A DNA stretch of 64,000 nucleotides from Candidatus Babeliales bacterium (lineage in GTDB: Bacteria > Babelota > Babeliae > Babelales > JANWKD01), in the NCBI GenBank assembly GCA_963762115.1, contig CAVXJH010000006.1, positions 256,001 through 320,000 of the forward strand, written 5' to 3'. The notes beneath the pieces were generated by a model. That model ran no database searches, was not told where the DNA came from, and worked only from the letters and a program-made list of their open reading frames with translations. Shown here piece after piece: positions 12,101 to 20,250 of the stretch. A program made the translations under genes and the position numbers. Positions within the stretch are counted from its first letter, which is position 1. The number at the start of each line of letters is the position of its first letter.

Positions 12101-12157
12101 TATAAAAATAATTATTAAGAAAACAAAACAAATAGAATTTTTTTTGCTAAATTTCAT
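6140..12157 (-). CDS. giant exported fibre/adhesin-like protein: signal, SSR-encoded linker, long repeat stalk, C-terminal beta-helix
   Basis: 2005 aa; AGGAG RBS; ~38 GFNGTFS repeats (manual count); C-terminal SGVYKLGSNI..VVLDLQCFTI beta-helix. Confidence 0.85.
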   Translation of the reverse strand: MKFSKKNSICFVFLIIIFILLPFSNIFSNQQPTTNNQQPTTNNQQPTTNNQQPTTNNQQPTTNNQQPTTNNQQPTTNNQQPTTNVENNIISKEINIDDSFKIFINAIIQKSLEQESEGNLSQGLLNCYEQCIIDEKCYSLPLIDLMEALPELIKELNIQLKAPRPTANLHDNLAGAPTCDLGQIVALIHQLQAQINQCCQQQLNCCTELISDFQQTWTILANIGTVTASIDLSPVFTALNACCTNINSEFQQTWSILGAGFNGTFSSIAAITSNNFSYSVITDLKATISTDFNQTWTILGAGFNGTFSAIAELDADLSGTFSAVAAGFNGTFSALNACCNNINSEFQQTWSILAAGFNGTFSVIEEINTDAAGTFSVLADLKTTITDDFAQTWTILGAGFNGTFSALNACCTNINSEFQQTWSILGAGFNGTFSSLTASNFSYSVIADLKNIITNDFAQTWTILDAGFNGTFSALDACCTNINSEFQQTWSILGAGFNGTFSAINNINTEANGTFSAIADLKNTMTDDFAQTWTILGAGFNGTFSALNACCTNINSEFQQTWSILAAGFNGTFSSITSNNFSYSVISDLKNTITNDFAQTWTILGAGFNGTFSSLTASNFSYSVISDLKNTITNDFAQTWTILGAGFNGTFSALDACCTNINSEFQQTWSILGAGFNGTFSAINNINTEANGTFSAIADLKNTMTDDFAQTWTILGAGFNGTFSALNACCTNINSEFQQTWSILAAGFNGTFSSITSNNFSYSVISDLKNTITNDFAQTWTILGAGFNGTFSSLTASNFSYSVISDLKNTITNDFAQTWTILGAGFNGTFSALDACCTNINSEFQQTWSILGAGFNGTFSAIAKLDADLSGTFSAVAAGFNGTFSALNACCTNINSEFQQTWSILGAGFNGTFSAINNINTEANGTFSAIADLKNTMTNDFAQTWTILGAGFNGTFSALDECCTNINSEFQQTWSILGAGFNGTFSSITANNFSYSVIADLKNTMTNDFAQTWTILGAGFNGTFSAIAELDADLSGTFSAVAAGFNGTFSALDVCCTNINSEFQQTWSILGAGFNGTFSSITSNNFSYSVIADLKNTITNDFAQTWTILGAGFNGTFSALDACCTNINSEFQQTWTILGAGFNGTFSLLTASNFSYSVISDLKNTITNDFAQTWTILGAGFNGTFSALNACCTNINSEFQQTWSILGAGFNGTFSSITSNNFSYSVISDLKNTMTNDFAQTWTILGAGFNGTFSALNVCCTNINSEFQQTWSILGAGFNGTFSAINNINTEANGTFSAIADLKNTITNDFAQTWTILGAGFNGTFSALNACCININSEFQQTWSILAAGFNGTFSLLTASNFSYSVISDLKNTMTNDFAQTWTILGAGFNGTFSALNACCTNINSEFQQTWSILAAGFNGTFSSLTANAFSYSVISDLKNTMTNDFAQTWTILGAGFNGTFSSLTTNAFSYSVITDLKATLSTDFNQTWTILGAGFNGTFSALNALSINNQGTFSALNACCNNINNEFQQTWTIEAAGFNGTFSVLNVITQNLCNPTMITQANFGAAGGTTYVISTSGVYKLGSNIVFSPLATSTAILITTTGVVLDLQCFTISQGNTTANVNGIGVNNGLTDITIKNGMIESFTRAGVSIQFGCNRISIQNIDILFCATRAIELLGTAGAGQILNSEIANCNILYCSQGVNADFPVYLLQCHDCSVYSCNIKNNGVNTNAISVLNLNSSTECTFRDINIYDNIGLTLNGIQLITTSSLNMFSNCIIEGNSGTNTSGTVLSGININACTNNMFNSCKVLQNNAPNAATLNGFLIQGASTNNMFMGCIVSWNAGGVTSGICNGFNVSGTTSTNFNNMFIDCISSANSGPTTCLGFALNGTSTCLILRCVSANNSATGAGGLAAGLNLVSPGGGFRCEIKECNFSNNIGVSAANSFGVLVNTGSNNLFTKNIAWSNGSTPANQMSGVPGGSVTTPTAPASSNIAAVTGAWTNIAAGS
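7540..11525 (-). repeat. coding tandem repeats (F.QTW.ILGAG-FNGTFS modules with CC)
   Basis: Modular 11- and 18-aa units visible in protein and DNA. Confidence 0.95.
11906..12073. repeat. perfect heptanucleotide microsatellite (GTTGGTT)x24
   Basis: 168 bp = 24 units, encodes (NQQPTTN)x8 just after the signal peptide. Confidence 0.97.
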
Positions 12158-12384
12158 ACCTCTCCTTTTTGTGCTTTATTACTTTTCTCTTATCGTAGGC
12201 AGACGATTAAAAAATTACAATTTATTTTTAATAAAATGTTTATTAAAAATACAAAGCGGCTTCATGTAATTACCTTTTTCGAGTAATAACTACAAATTTT
12301 TTTTGAAGCTTAGTATCTTCACATAAAAAATACAATAAAAGTATTTATGATACTATTTTAATAAAAAGAATGCGGTTTTTAGGG

Positions 12385-12777
12385 CTATTTAATTTCTTGG
12401 TAACCAGATTTTTGTTTATTATGACAGATGCAACAGCAACAAAGCCAGCAATAATGTTTTTTCTTTTGTTGTGTAATTTCTTCTTTTGTTTGATTATCAT
12501 TTTGCATGATTGTTTCTGATGGTATAGGCGGATTTTGAGGTGTTGTTTGATCTGGAAATGCGAGTGAACCGCTCATATCAGTTGCCGAATCTTCGGGAAA
12601 ATCAGAATATTGTTCTATTGGTGAAATACTTAATGATGAACTCCATGAATTAGTGATGCTTCTCATAAAGGAATCAAAATATGTCTCTTTTGGACTGGCT
12701 TTTTTTGAGGGAATATTCATGCCATGTGTTGCAATGGTAAAAAACAATAACGTAATAAAAATAATTTTTATATTCAT
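12385..12777 (-). CDS. small exported protein with C-terminal Cys cluster
   Basis: Signal ..IATHG-MN; KKKHYCWLCCCICH. Confidence 0.7.
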   Translation of the reverse strand: MNIKIIFITLLFFTIATHGMNIPSKKASPKETYFDSFMRSITNSWSSSLSISPIEQYSDFPEDSATDMSGSLAFPDQTTPQNPPIPSETIMQNDNQTKEEITQQKKKHYCWLCCCCICHNKQKSGYQEIK

Positions 12778-12787
12778 ATAGTAGCTT

Positions 12788-12994
12788 TTATTGTTGTTGT
12801 GGCTTTAATTTTTTTAAACAATTTGTTGTAGAACAACAAAAAAAACAACCTTGATCATCATTACTATGTGTTTTTATTGTTTTAATCTTTTCTTGATCTT
12901 TAACGTTAGTTGGTTTTATAGTATTTTTTTGATTCATTGAGTGTATAGAATGAGTGAATAATAATAATAAAATCACGATACTATATTTTTTCAT
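12788..12994 (-). CDS. small exported protein with Cys cluster
   Basis: Signal ..HSIHS-MN; GCFFCCSTTNC; AGGA RBS. Confidence 0.65.
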   Translation of the reverse strand: MKKYSIVILLLLFTHSIHSMNQKNTIKPTNVKDQEKIKTIKTHSNDDQGCFFCCSTTNCLKKLKPQQQ

Positions 12995-13165
12995 ATGTTT
13001 TTCCTATTTTTAGATTTTCTTAATAGTACCCTACCATGCTTGGCCTTTAAAATTCTAGAGTTTTATAGTATGAGTATTTTTCAACGGCAATAAAAATCTT
13101 GCTTTCTTTAAAGGGACTTACATAGGCTTTAGAAAAACTATTTTTTATAAAACAAAGGAGATAGT

Positions 13166-13927
13166 ATGAAAAAGCAAATTTTATGTATAGGTATGGCATT
13201 AGCAGTTGTCATGAGTTTGCGGAGTGCGGAACAAAAAAATAAACATGTTGTACAAGAACATATTGCTGCTCTTGAAAATCAATTAAAAAGTGAAGCTCCT
13301 TATGCTAATGAACGTAGAAAGTTAATCGGTTATTTAAGAGGTTATTTTAATAATAGAATGCACAACGGGAATAAAAAATTAAAGCGATTAACGAATGCAA
13401 ATACCCGTCGTCTTGCAGATTCGATTGTAGATTCATATGAACATATTACAAAAACAGTTGGTAATCATAAACAAGCGGCGACAAATTATGCGCAACGTGC
13501 AACGGGTGTTGTTGCTCTTAATGTGCGACCACATGCAGCTGGTAAAGTAAAGCCAAGCATGAAAACAGCACCAACGGCAGCCGAGCCAGTTGCAAAATCA
13601 ACAGCAAAAAAATCTGGTGGATGGTTGCAAGAAGTTGAGTCAATGATGGGCGGTAATGAAAATGCTGAGCCAGCTCAGCAGAGCGTGGGAAGCTCAAGAA
13701 GAAGAACGGGTGTTGTTGCTGCAGGCGCAGCTGGAGCGGCCGCAGGAACCATTGCTGCATCACAGGGTAAAAAAACAAAAAAACCAAAAACTAAAAAAGC
13801 GGTAGATTCAAAAAAGAAACAACAAAAACTAAATAAGAAAAAAAATAAATCGGCTACACATAAAAAAAGAACCAAGCCAATGAGCACTAAAAAGAAAGCT
13901 AAAAAAGACAAAAAAGCGGCGGTTTAA
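13166..13927 (+). CDS. exported protein with Lys-rich, histone H1-like tail
   Basis: AAGGAG RBS; signal peptide; last ~55 aa dominated by K. Confidence 0.75.
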   Translation: MKKQILCIGMALAVVMSLRSAEQKNKHVVQEHIAALENQLKSEAPYANERRKLIGYLRGYFNNRMHNGNKKLKRLTNANTRRLADSIVDSYEHITKTVGNHKQAATNYAQRATGVVALNVRPHAAGKVKPSMKTAPTAAEPVAKSTAKKSGGWLQEVESMMGGNENAEPAQQSVGSSRRRTGVVAAGAAGAAAGTIAASQGKKTKKPKTKKAVDSKKKQQKLNKKKNKSATHKKRTKPMSTKKKAKKDKKAAV

Positions 13928-13946
13928 TACTGCATTATTGAATTAT

Positions 13947-13982
13947 TAAAAGGGGGGAATCAATTGGTTCCCCCTTTTTTTT
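13947..13982. terminator. bidirectional intrinsic terminator
   Basis: aaaaggggggaatc-aatt-ggttccccctttttt between convergent genes. Confidence 0.8.
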
Positions 13983-15207
13983 ATGCTAAATTTTCGGTTA
14001 ATTTTCTTATTTTTTCAGCAATAAAACTGAGTTCTTGATCATTCTCATGATTTTTTAATGCATAATCAATATATTCAACTAATAACGACAAATCAGCTTT
14101 TGTAATGCCGCGCGTGGTGATTGCCGGTGTGCCAAGGCGAATGCCGCTGGTGATCAAAGGTTTTGCAGGATCAAAGGGAATGCAACTTCTGCTGACATTG
14201 ATGCCCGCTTTTTCTAAGGCAACTTCGGCAGCTTTGCCAGAAATGTTTTTGTTGCGCAAATCTAACACAAATAAATGATTATCAGTGCCGCCAGCAACAA
14301 TACGATAGTTAAGATCAGAAAAAAGTTGTGCCATAGTTTGTGCATTATCAATTATGTGTTGTTGATAGGTTTTGAATTCTGGTTGTAATGCTTGATGAAA
14401 AGCAATTGCTTTAGCAGCAATCATATTCATGAAAGGGCCACCTTGTGAGCCAGGCATAATTGCACGATCAAGAATTTCTGCGTGTTCGCTCTTGCACATA
14501 ACAAGACCGCCGCGTGGACCACGTAATGTTTTGTGCGTCGTGCTTGAAACAAAATCTGCATAGGGAACAGGACTCGGATGAACATCTGCAGCGATTAGTC
14601 CGGCGATATGGGCAATATCAGCAAGAAAAAAAGCATCAATTTTTTTTGCAATGTGTGCAAAACGTTCAAAATCAATCGTGCGAGAATAAGCTGATGCGCC
14701 AGCAATAATCAATTTTGGTTTGTGCTCTTGCGCTAATTGTTCAATAGCATCATAATCAAGTTGTTCAGTATCACGATTGACCGTATATTGCACTGATTTA
14801 TAGAGTGAGCCAGAAAAATTTACCGCATGGCCGTGCGTTAAATGACCACCTTCAGCAAGGCTCATCCCCATAATAAGATCGCCGGGTTTCAGACAAGCAA
14901 AATAGACAGCCATATTGGCTTGTGAACCAGCGTGAGGCTGCACATTAGCATGTTGCGCGTTAAATAATGTTTTGCAGCGATCTTGCGCAATACGTTCAAC
15001 TTCATCAACAATGGTGCATCCGCTATAATAGCGCTTTCCTGGATATCCTTCGGCATATTTATTTGTTAATACCGAACCCATTGCATCAAGTATTTCTTGA
15101 TCGACATAATTTTCTGACGCAATCAAATCAATCGTGTTTTTTTGACGCATTTTTTCTTGATTGATTAAGGTAAGTAAAAGGTCGTCATGCCACGCCGTAT
15201 TTTTCAT
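13981..15207 (-). CDS. glyA: serine hydroxymethyltransferase
   Basis: LIASEN, NKYAEGYPGKRYY, GGHLTHG, TTHKTLRGPRGG. Confidence 0.98.
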   Translation of the reverse strand: MKNTAWHDDLLLTLINQEKMRQKNTIDLIASENYVDQEILDAMGSVLTNKYAEGYPGKRYYSGCTIVDEVERIAQDRCKTLFNAQHANVQPHAGSQANMAVYFACLKPGDLIMGMSLAEGGHLTHGHAVNFSGSLYKSVQYTVNRDTEQLDYDAIEQLAQEHKPKLIIAGASAYSRTIDFERFAHIAKKIDAFFLADIAHIAGLIAADVHPSPVPYADFVSSTTHKTLRGPRGGLVMCKSEHAEILDRAIMPGSQGGPFMNMIAAKAIAFHQALQPEFKTYQQHIIDNAQTMAQLFSDLNYRIVAGGTDNHLFVLDLRNKNISGKAAEVALEKAGINVSRSCIPFDPAKPLITSGIRLGTPAITTRGITKADLSLLVEYIDYALKNHENDQELSFIAEKIRKLTENLA

Positions 15208-15325
15208 ATAAATCCTTACTTATTCAATAATAATGTACTAGTATTAACTTTGAAAAAGATCTTTATTTACAGTATTCTATCATTACACGCTACTATTAAC
15301 AAAGTTAGTTCAAAAAAGGGTTACT

Positions 15326-16069
15326 ATGACTACAATAAAAAAGGTATTTTTCTTGGCAGTTATCCTACAATGTTTCAATGTTTACAGTGCACAATCAATT
15401 TATGTGGGTAAAATTCAATTTCCTCTTGGAGTAGAATGCCCTCCTGCATTGCCTTCGATTTTATATAAAGGCCGTGAGCATAGCATTGATATTGATAAAC
15501 ATGATACTCGTATTCCTCGCAAAGCGACCTATGAATTATATGAAGATCGTTTGTGTCAGGAATTTTATATTCTTATCACCGAATATTTAAAAATTCCTCA
15601 TGCTAATGATTTTGCTCATTTAGAAACTTCATATCAACATCCTTACGCATTGTATCAAGTAAAAAGAATGACAACAATTAAAGCATTGGTTGATGAACAC
15701 CAAACAGGCACTTCAACACCATTGGCGCCCGGAGAAAAAATAGAATATTGGAAAATAACAAAGATGGATTCAGTTGATCCAGAAATGATTATTCCTGATC
15801 ATACAATTATTTTTTTAATGAATCCTTCCTATGTTGAACTGATTTCTGATTCATGGCGTCCTGATGATGCAATTATTTCTTTACCAACGATAAAGTTTAA
15901 CGATTCAATTGATGAAATAACATTACATACTATTGGAGCAAAAATGGTGTGTGCTATTCTTGATTTTAAATGTATTCATAAGAAACCAACAAAAACAACG
16001 GCAGCATTCGCGCAAAATCGAATGATTGCGATTCCTAATCCGCTTAATCGTTATATAATAAATTCTTAG
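15326..16069 (+). CDS. hypothetical exported protein
   Basis: 247-aa ORF with signal-like N-terminus, 6 nt upstream of tsaD. Confidence 0.7.
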   Translation: MTTIKKVFFLAVILQCFNVYSAQSIYVGKIQFPLGVECPPALPSILYKGREHSIDIDKHDTRIPRKATYELYEDRLCQEFYILITEYLKIPHANDFAHLETSYQHPYALYQVKRMTTIKALVDEHQTGTSTPLAPGEKIEYWKITKMDSVDPEMIIPDHTIIFLMNPSYVELISDSWRPDDAIISLPTIKFNDSIDEITLHTIGAKMVCAILDFKCIHKKPTKTTAAFAQNRMIAIPNPLNRYIINS

Positions 16070-16075
16070 TGCATT

Positions 16076-17098
16076 ATGAAACAACTAACTATTTTAGGCA
16101 TCGAAACATCATGCGATGAAACAGCAGCTTCTGTTTATCAAACACAAAGGGGCGTACTTTCGAATGTTCTTTTTGCACAAATTGAATTGCAAAAAAAATA
16201 TGGTGGCGTTGTTCCTGAAGTTGCCTCTCGATCACATATAGAAAAAATTAATTATATTGTGCAAGAAGCATTAGAAAAAGCAGCTACAACGCTTGATGAT
16301 ATTGATTGTATTGCCGTTACGAGTAAGCCGGGTTTATCGGGATCATTATTAGTTGGTCTTTGTTTTGCAAAAGCAGTAGCATTTGCAAAAAATAAAAAAT
16401 TAATTGGTGTGAATCATCTTGAAGGACATGCATTTTCAGCTTCTATTGAAAATGATGTGCCTTTTCCTCATCTCTGTTTGACGGCATCGGGTGGTCACAC
16501 TTCAGTTTATTTAGTGCATAATTATGGTGAATATACCGTGCTTGGTACAACACTTGATGATGCTGCAGGAGAAGCATTTGATAAAGTTGCTAAACTGATG
16601 CATTTGCCCTATCCTGGCGGGCCGGTGATTGAAAAGCGGGCACAGCTTGTTGATTTTCAGGATTTTTTTCACTATCCACGCAGCATGGCAAAAAGTATGG
16701 ATTTTAGTTTTTCTGGTGTAAAAACTGCTGTTCTCTATGACATTGTTAAACGTGGTTTTTATGATATGAAAACAAAGAGTTTTACTGATGCTATGAGTGA
16801 ATTGGTTATGAATCAAGTTGCTAGTTCATTTTTGGTGTGTGTAAAAGATGTTTTTTTACAAAAAATTGCTTTAGGTTTATTGCAATATCCGCATATTCGA
16901 GCAGTCACTTTTGTTGGTGGTGTTGCTTGTAACAAGTATATTAAAAATGCATTACATGATTTTTGCTTATCAAAGGGAATAGCATTCTATTCACCGTCTG
17001 CTCACTATTGTACTGATAACGCTGCGATGATTGCTTTTGTTGGTCATTATCGTGCGCAGCGTGGACTTTTTTCCGATTTAGATTTAGATATTTTTTAA
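16076..17098 (+). CDS. tsaD: tRNA N6-adenosine threonylcarbamoyltransferase TsaD
   Basis: ILGIETSCDET, GGVVPEVASRSH, HLEGH, SGGHT, CTDNAAMIA. Confidence 0.98.
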   Translation: MKQLTILGIETSCDETAASVYQTQRGVLSNVLFAQIELQKKYGGVVPEVASRSHIEKINYIVQEALEKAATTLDDIDCIAVTSKPGLSGSLLVGLCFAKAVAFAKNKKLIGVNHLEGHAFSASIENDVPFPHLCLTASGGHTSVYLVHNYGEYTVLGTTLDDAAGEAFDKVAKLMHLPYPGGPVIEKRAQLVDFQDFFHYPRSMAKSMDFSFSGVKTAVLYDIVKRGFYDMKTKSFTDAMSELVMNQVASSFLVCVKDVFLQKIALGLLQYPHIRAVTFVGGVACNKYIKNALHDFCLSKGIAFYSPSAHYCTDNAAMIAFVGHYRAQRGLFSDLDLDIF

Positions 17099-17655
17099 TT
17101 AATGATGCATTCACCATTTCTTTCTTGATCGAGTAATCTATGTATTTCCGTTTGAGATTGCACTTCAAGATTTTTGTTGGGATTAACCAATCCAGCACGT
17201 CTTGCGGCATCAAGGATTGGGCCTTCAATATATATTGATTTATCATTTTTATCTAAGAGTTGAACGTTCATATCCATGCCGCCGCTAAAAACCTTTCCAA
17301 AACTCCATTCGCGGATTTCACCTTCATCTTCTATGATTAATTTTACAAAATGCTTTAGAGTAGATTGCGGGATCGAGATGCATGTTTGAGAGGCGGGGAC
17401 TGATTTTTGAGGTAATTCTTTCGCTAATATAAGGGGAATGAATGGTGCGTATGAAACATTTTCTCCTTGTGCTTTAAGATTGTCATAAGCTGTATCTGCC
17501 ATTTTTTCTAATTCGAACAGAGTGTCAACATCTCTGATGTCACCAGGATAGTACCCATCTTTCGTGAAAGTTATATATTCTTCCATACAATATGATTGAT
17601 GGTTGATAGTGCATATGAGGCTTAATACGATAAAAAAAATATTTTTTAATTGCAT
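17095..17655 (-). CDS. hypothetical exported protein
   Basis: Signal ..QSYC-MEE. Confidence 0.65.
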   Translation of the reverse strand: MQLKNIFFIVLSLICTINHQSYCMEEYITFTKDGYYPGDIRDVDTLFELEKMADTAYDNLKAQGENVSYAPFIPLILAKELPQKSVPASQTCISIPQSTLKHFVKLIIEDEGEIREWSFGKVFSGGMDMNVQLLDKNDKSIYIEGPILDAARRAGLVNPNKNLEVQSQTEIHRLLDQERNGECIIN

Positions 17656-17737
17656 GTATGTATCTTTTAATTATGGGGGAATATATTAAATATCTGTATT
17701 ACTGTAACAAATAGTTGTTATGAGCACAATTTATTTT

Positions 17738-18262
17738 CTATGAATTTTCTTTTTCATTGTATTTGTCATTATGACGCAACCAATACAGTACTTCTTTGTT
17801 TTTTTTAATCTTTTTCTCAGTGACTTCAAAAGAATTATCATAACTTTTTTTTGTACCATATACGATTAATCCAATGCCTGCTAGAAGGCCTGTAATAGTG
17901 CCGGTTATTTTAAAATAGTCTAATACATTATTGAGTGGTTTCTTGAAAAAATATAATAAAGAGTTGCTTGTGCCAAGGCAGAGCAGAGTGCCGCTGCATA
18001 GGAAAAGAATTCCTTTTATATTGTCTTGCTGTTGTAATAATTTTTCATTGTTGTAGTGAATTTTTTTTATGAAAAGAGAAATTTTTCCTCGATTTTCATC
18101 TATAAACTCTTTGCGTTCTTTACCCTCCAAGTTTCTTAGATGGGCAATAGGGGTATGGATTTTTGAGTTTGGTGATGATGTAGGATTGTATAGTTCCATG
18201 GCGGAGCTGGTGAAAATCAAGAGTAGACTTGCTATAACTTGGAAGAAATGGGTATACATCAT
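17738..18262 (-). CDS. hypothetical exported protein with two TM segments
   Basis: Signal ..TSSA-MEL; two hydrophobic helices. Confidence 0.65.
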   Translation of the reverse strand: MMYTHFFQVIASLLLIFTSSAMELYNPTSSPNSKIHTPIAHLRNLEGKERKEFIDENRGKISLFIKKIHYNNEKLLQQQDNIKGILFLCSGTLLCLGTSNSLLYFFKKPLNNVLDYFKITGTITGLLAGIGLIVYGTKKSYDNSFEVTEKKIKKNKEVLYWLRHNDKYNEKENS

Positions 18263-18638
18263 GAGGTGCCGATCGGTAATTATTATAGTGCTTGATTTTG
18301 TTTACTATTTGTATTAGTATATTACTAAAGATATTTTAAAACTATACCATTTTTTAGAGGTATTTATATGTTTATCCTACAATTTCCGCTTGTTATCCCC
18401 ACAATTGAGTAATCCCAGCGCACAACATGTGTCCTGGGAAAAGCTGAATTGATTTTATATACAGAACGACTCACGTTCTTCTTATGTATTATTAGATTAT
18501 TCTAATATGCTCTGTATTTCTAATCTATTTCCTACCTTTTCTTAGTCTTCCACACTAATTTTTTTGCAAGCATTTTTACCTAATGCTTGTAGTAGTTTTT
18601 TTTTACTTATTTTTTGAATTTAATGGAAAGGTAATCGT

Positions 18639-19388
18639 ATGTTACCACTTTTACGCATTAGGAATCTTTTTAAGACCTATAAAACAGATAAAGGCACGAT
18701 TGAAGCCCTTAAGAATGTTTCATTTGATATTCATCAAGGAGAGATTTTTGGCCTTCTTGGTGTTAACGGTGCAGGAAAAACAACATTATCATCAATTATT
18801 GCTACGGTTCATCCGGCAACAAAAGGTGAAGTGTTGTATAAAGAATCTTCAATTTATGAAAACATAAACCGTTATCGTCAGCATATTGGATTTTGCCCCC
18901 AAAAACCTAATTTTGAATCAACATTAACGGTTGAAGAAAATTTGATTTTTGCCGGCAGATATTATGGATTATCATCTGAAGAGATCAAAGTTAATGCTCA
19001 ATTTTTTATGGAAAAATTTGAGTTAACGCGTTATGCACAGCACAAGGTTGATGTTTTATCCGGAGGGTATAAACAACGATTGTTGATTGCTCGTGCCTTA
19101 ATGCACAAACCTACTTTGGTGTTGCTTGATGAGCCAACGGTTGCTTTAGATCCTCATATCAGAAGACAACTATGGGATCTTATCAAAAGTCTTAAAGAAA
19201 CGGGAGTAACGGTTATTTTAACAACCCATTATCTTGATGAAGCAGAATATTTAGCTGATAGAGTTTGTATTTTGGATAAAGGCAATGTTGTTTTAATTGA
19301 TACCCCTGAGCATTTGAAAACTCATTATAACAAAGCGAATTTAGAAGAAGTATTTTTAGAACTTATGAAAACAGAGGAACCCCAATGA
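18639..19388 (+). CDS. ABC-2 type transporter ATP-binding protein
   Basis: GVNGAGKT, LSGGYKQR, LLDEPT, TTH. Confidence 0.95.
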   Translation: MLPLLRIRNLFKTYKTDKGTIEALKNVSFDIHQGEIFGLLGVNGAGKTTLSSIIATVHPATKGEVLYKESSIYENINRYRQHIGFCPQKPNFESTLTVEENLIFAGRYYGLSSEEIKVNAQFFMEKFELTRYAQHKVDVLSGGYKQRLLIARALMHKPTLVLLDEPTVALDPHIRRQLWDLIKSLKETGVTVILTTHYLDEAEYLADRVCILDKGNVVLIDTPEHLKTHYNKANLEEVFLELMKTEEPQ

Positions 19389-20167
19389 AAAAAAGATCAT
19401 TAGCCGTTTTTTGCTGGCTGTTGTGGCAGGAGTTGCGTGTATTTTTCCAGGATTTTTTTGCAAATGCTTTCGATGCAATTCTTTTTCCTGCAGCAATTGT
19501 TGTTGTAAGCAGTTATATTTTACCCCACATGGGTATAGAGGCGAATTATGGTAGTTTTATTTTAGTGGGAACTATGACAAGTATGTGTTTATTTAATGCG
19601 ATTAACAAAGCACAAATTATGGTTGCCGATATGGAAGGGACCAATAGTATTTCCTATCAATTGGCGTTACCATTACCTGCATGGTTATTATTCATTAAGG
19701 TTGGCATAGGTTTTGCACTAACATCATTATTTTTGAATATTTTTACCTTGCCGATTGGTAAAGTATTATTGGGAAGTTTATTTAGTTTGCAACATCTTTC
19801 TTTTGTTAAACTTTTTGTAGTTTTTATTACCATAAACATCTTTTTTGGTTTTTATGGCTTATGGATTGCAAGTTGGGTAAAAAAGAGCATGAACTTTCCT
19901 CATATTTGGATGAGATTTGTGCTTATTTTATGGACTTTTGGGTGTTATCAATACTCATGGATGATTTTGCATAAAGCGTATCCCTTTTGGAGTTATGTTT
20001 CATTGCTTAATCCAATGATTTATGCGTTTGAAGCATCGCGTGTTGCGGTGTTAGGGCAAGATGGATTACTGCATTTCTGGTTTTGTATTGGTATGCTTTG
20101 GTTGTTTATTATTATTTTTTATGGCCATGCTTTAAAAAAATTTAAAAAACGACTTGATTACGTTTAA
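19385..20167 (+). CDS. ABC-2 type transporter permease
   Basis: ~6 TM; LNPMIYAFEASR; 4-nt overlap with the ATPase gene. Confidence 0.9.
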   Translation: MKKRSLAVFCWLLWQELRVFFQDFFANAFDAILFPAAIVVVSSYILPHMGIEANYGSFILVGTMTSMCLFNAINKAQIMVADMEGTNSISYQLALPLPAWLLFIKVGIGFALTSLFLNIFTLPIGKVLLGSLFSLQHLSFVKLFVVFITINIFFGFYGLWIASWVKKSMNFPHIWMRFVLILWTFGCYQYSWMILHKAYPFWSYVSLLNPMIYAFEASRVAVLGQDGLLHFWFCIGMLWLFIIIFYGHALKKFKKRLDYV

Positions 20168-20177
20168 ACAAAAAAAA

Positions 20178-20213
20178 TGCGCTGAATGTATATTTTTATA
20201 TGCATTCAGCGCA
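20178..20213 (+). terminator. stem-loop after ABC operon
   Basis: tgcgctgaatgtata..tatgcattcagcgca; no clear U-tract on + strand. Confidence 0.5.
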
Positions 20214-20250
20214 GCAAGATAATAATCTTACTTATTTTTAAGGAAACATT

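Noticed and set aside
11838..12269. ORFs of (LLVVGCW)n and the alternate-frame (NNQQPTT)n
   Set aside because: Shadows of the stop-free 7-bp microsatellite.
18365..18480. Possible oriC or sRNA (ttatcctaca, ttatccccaca, ttatataca, one hairpin)
   Set aside because: No exact DnaA box, no origin-linked genes, and only one modest hairpin.
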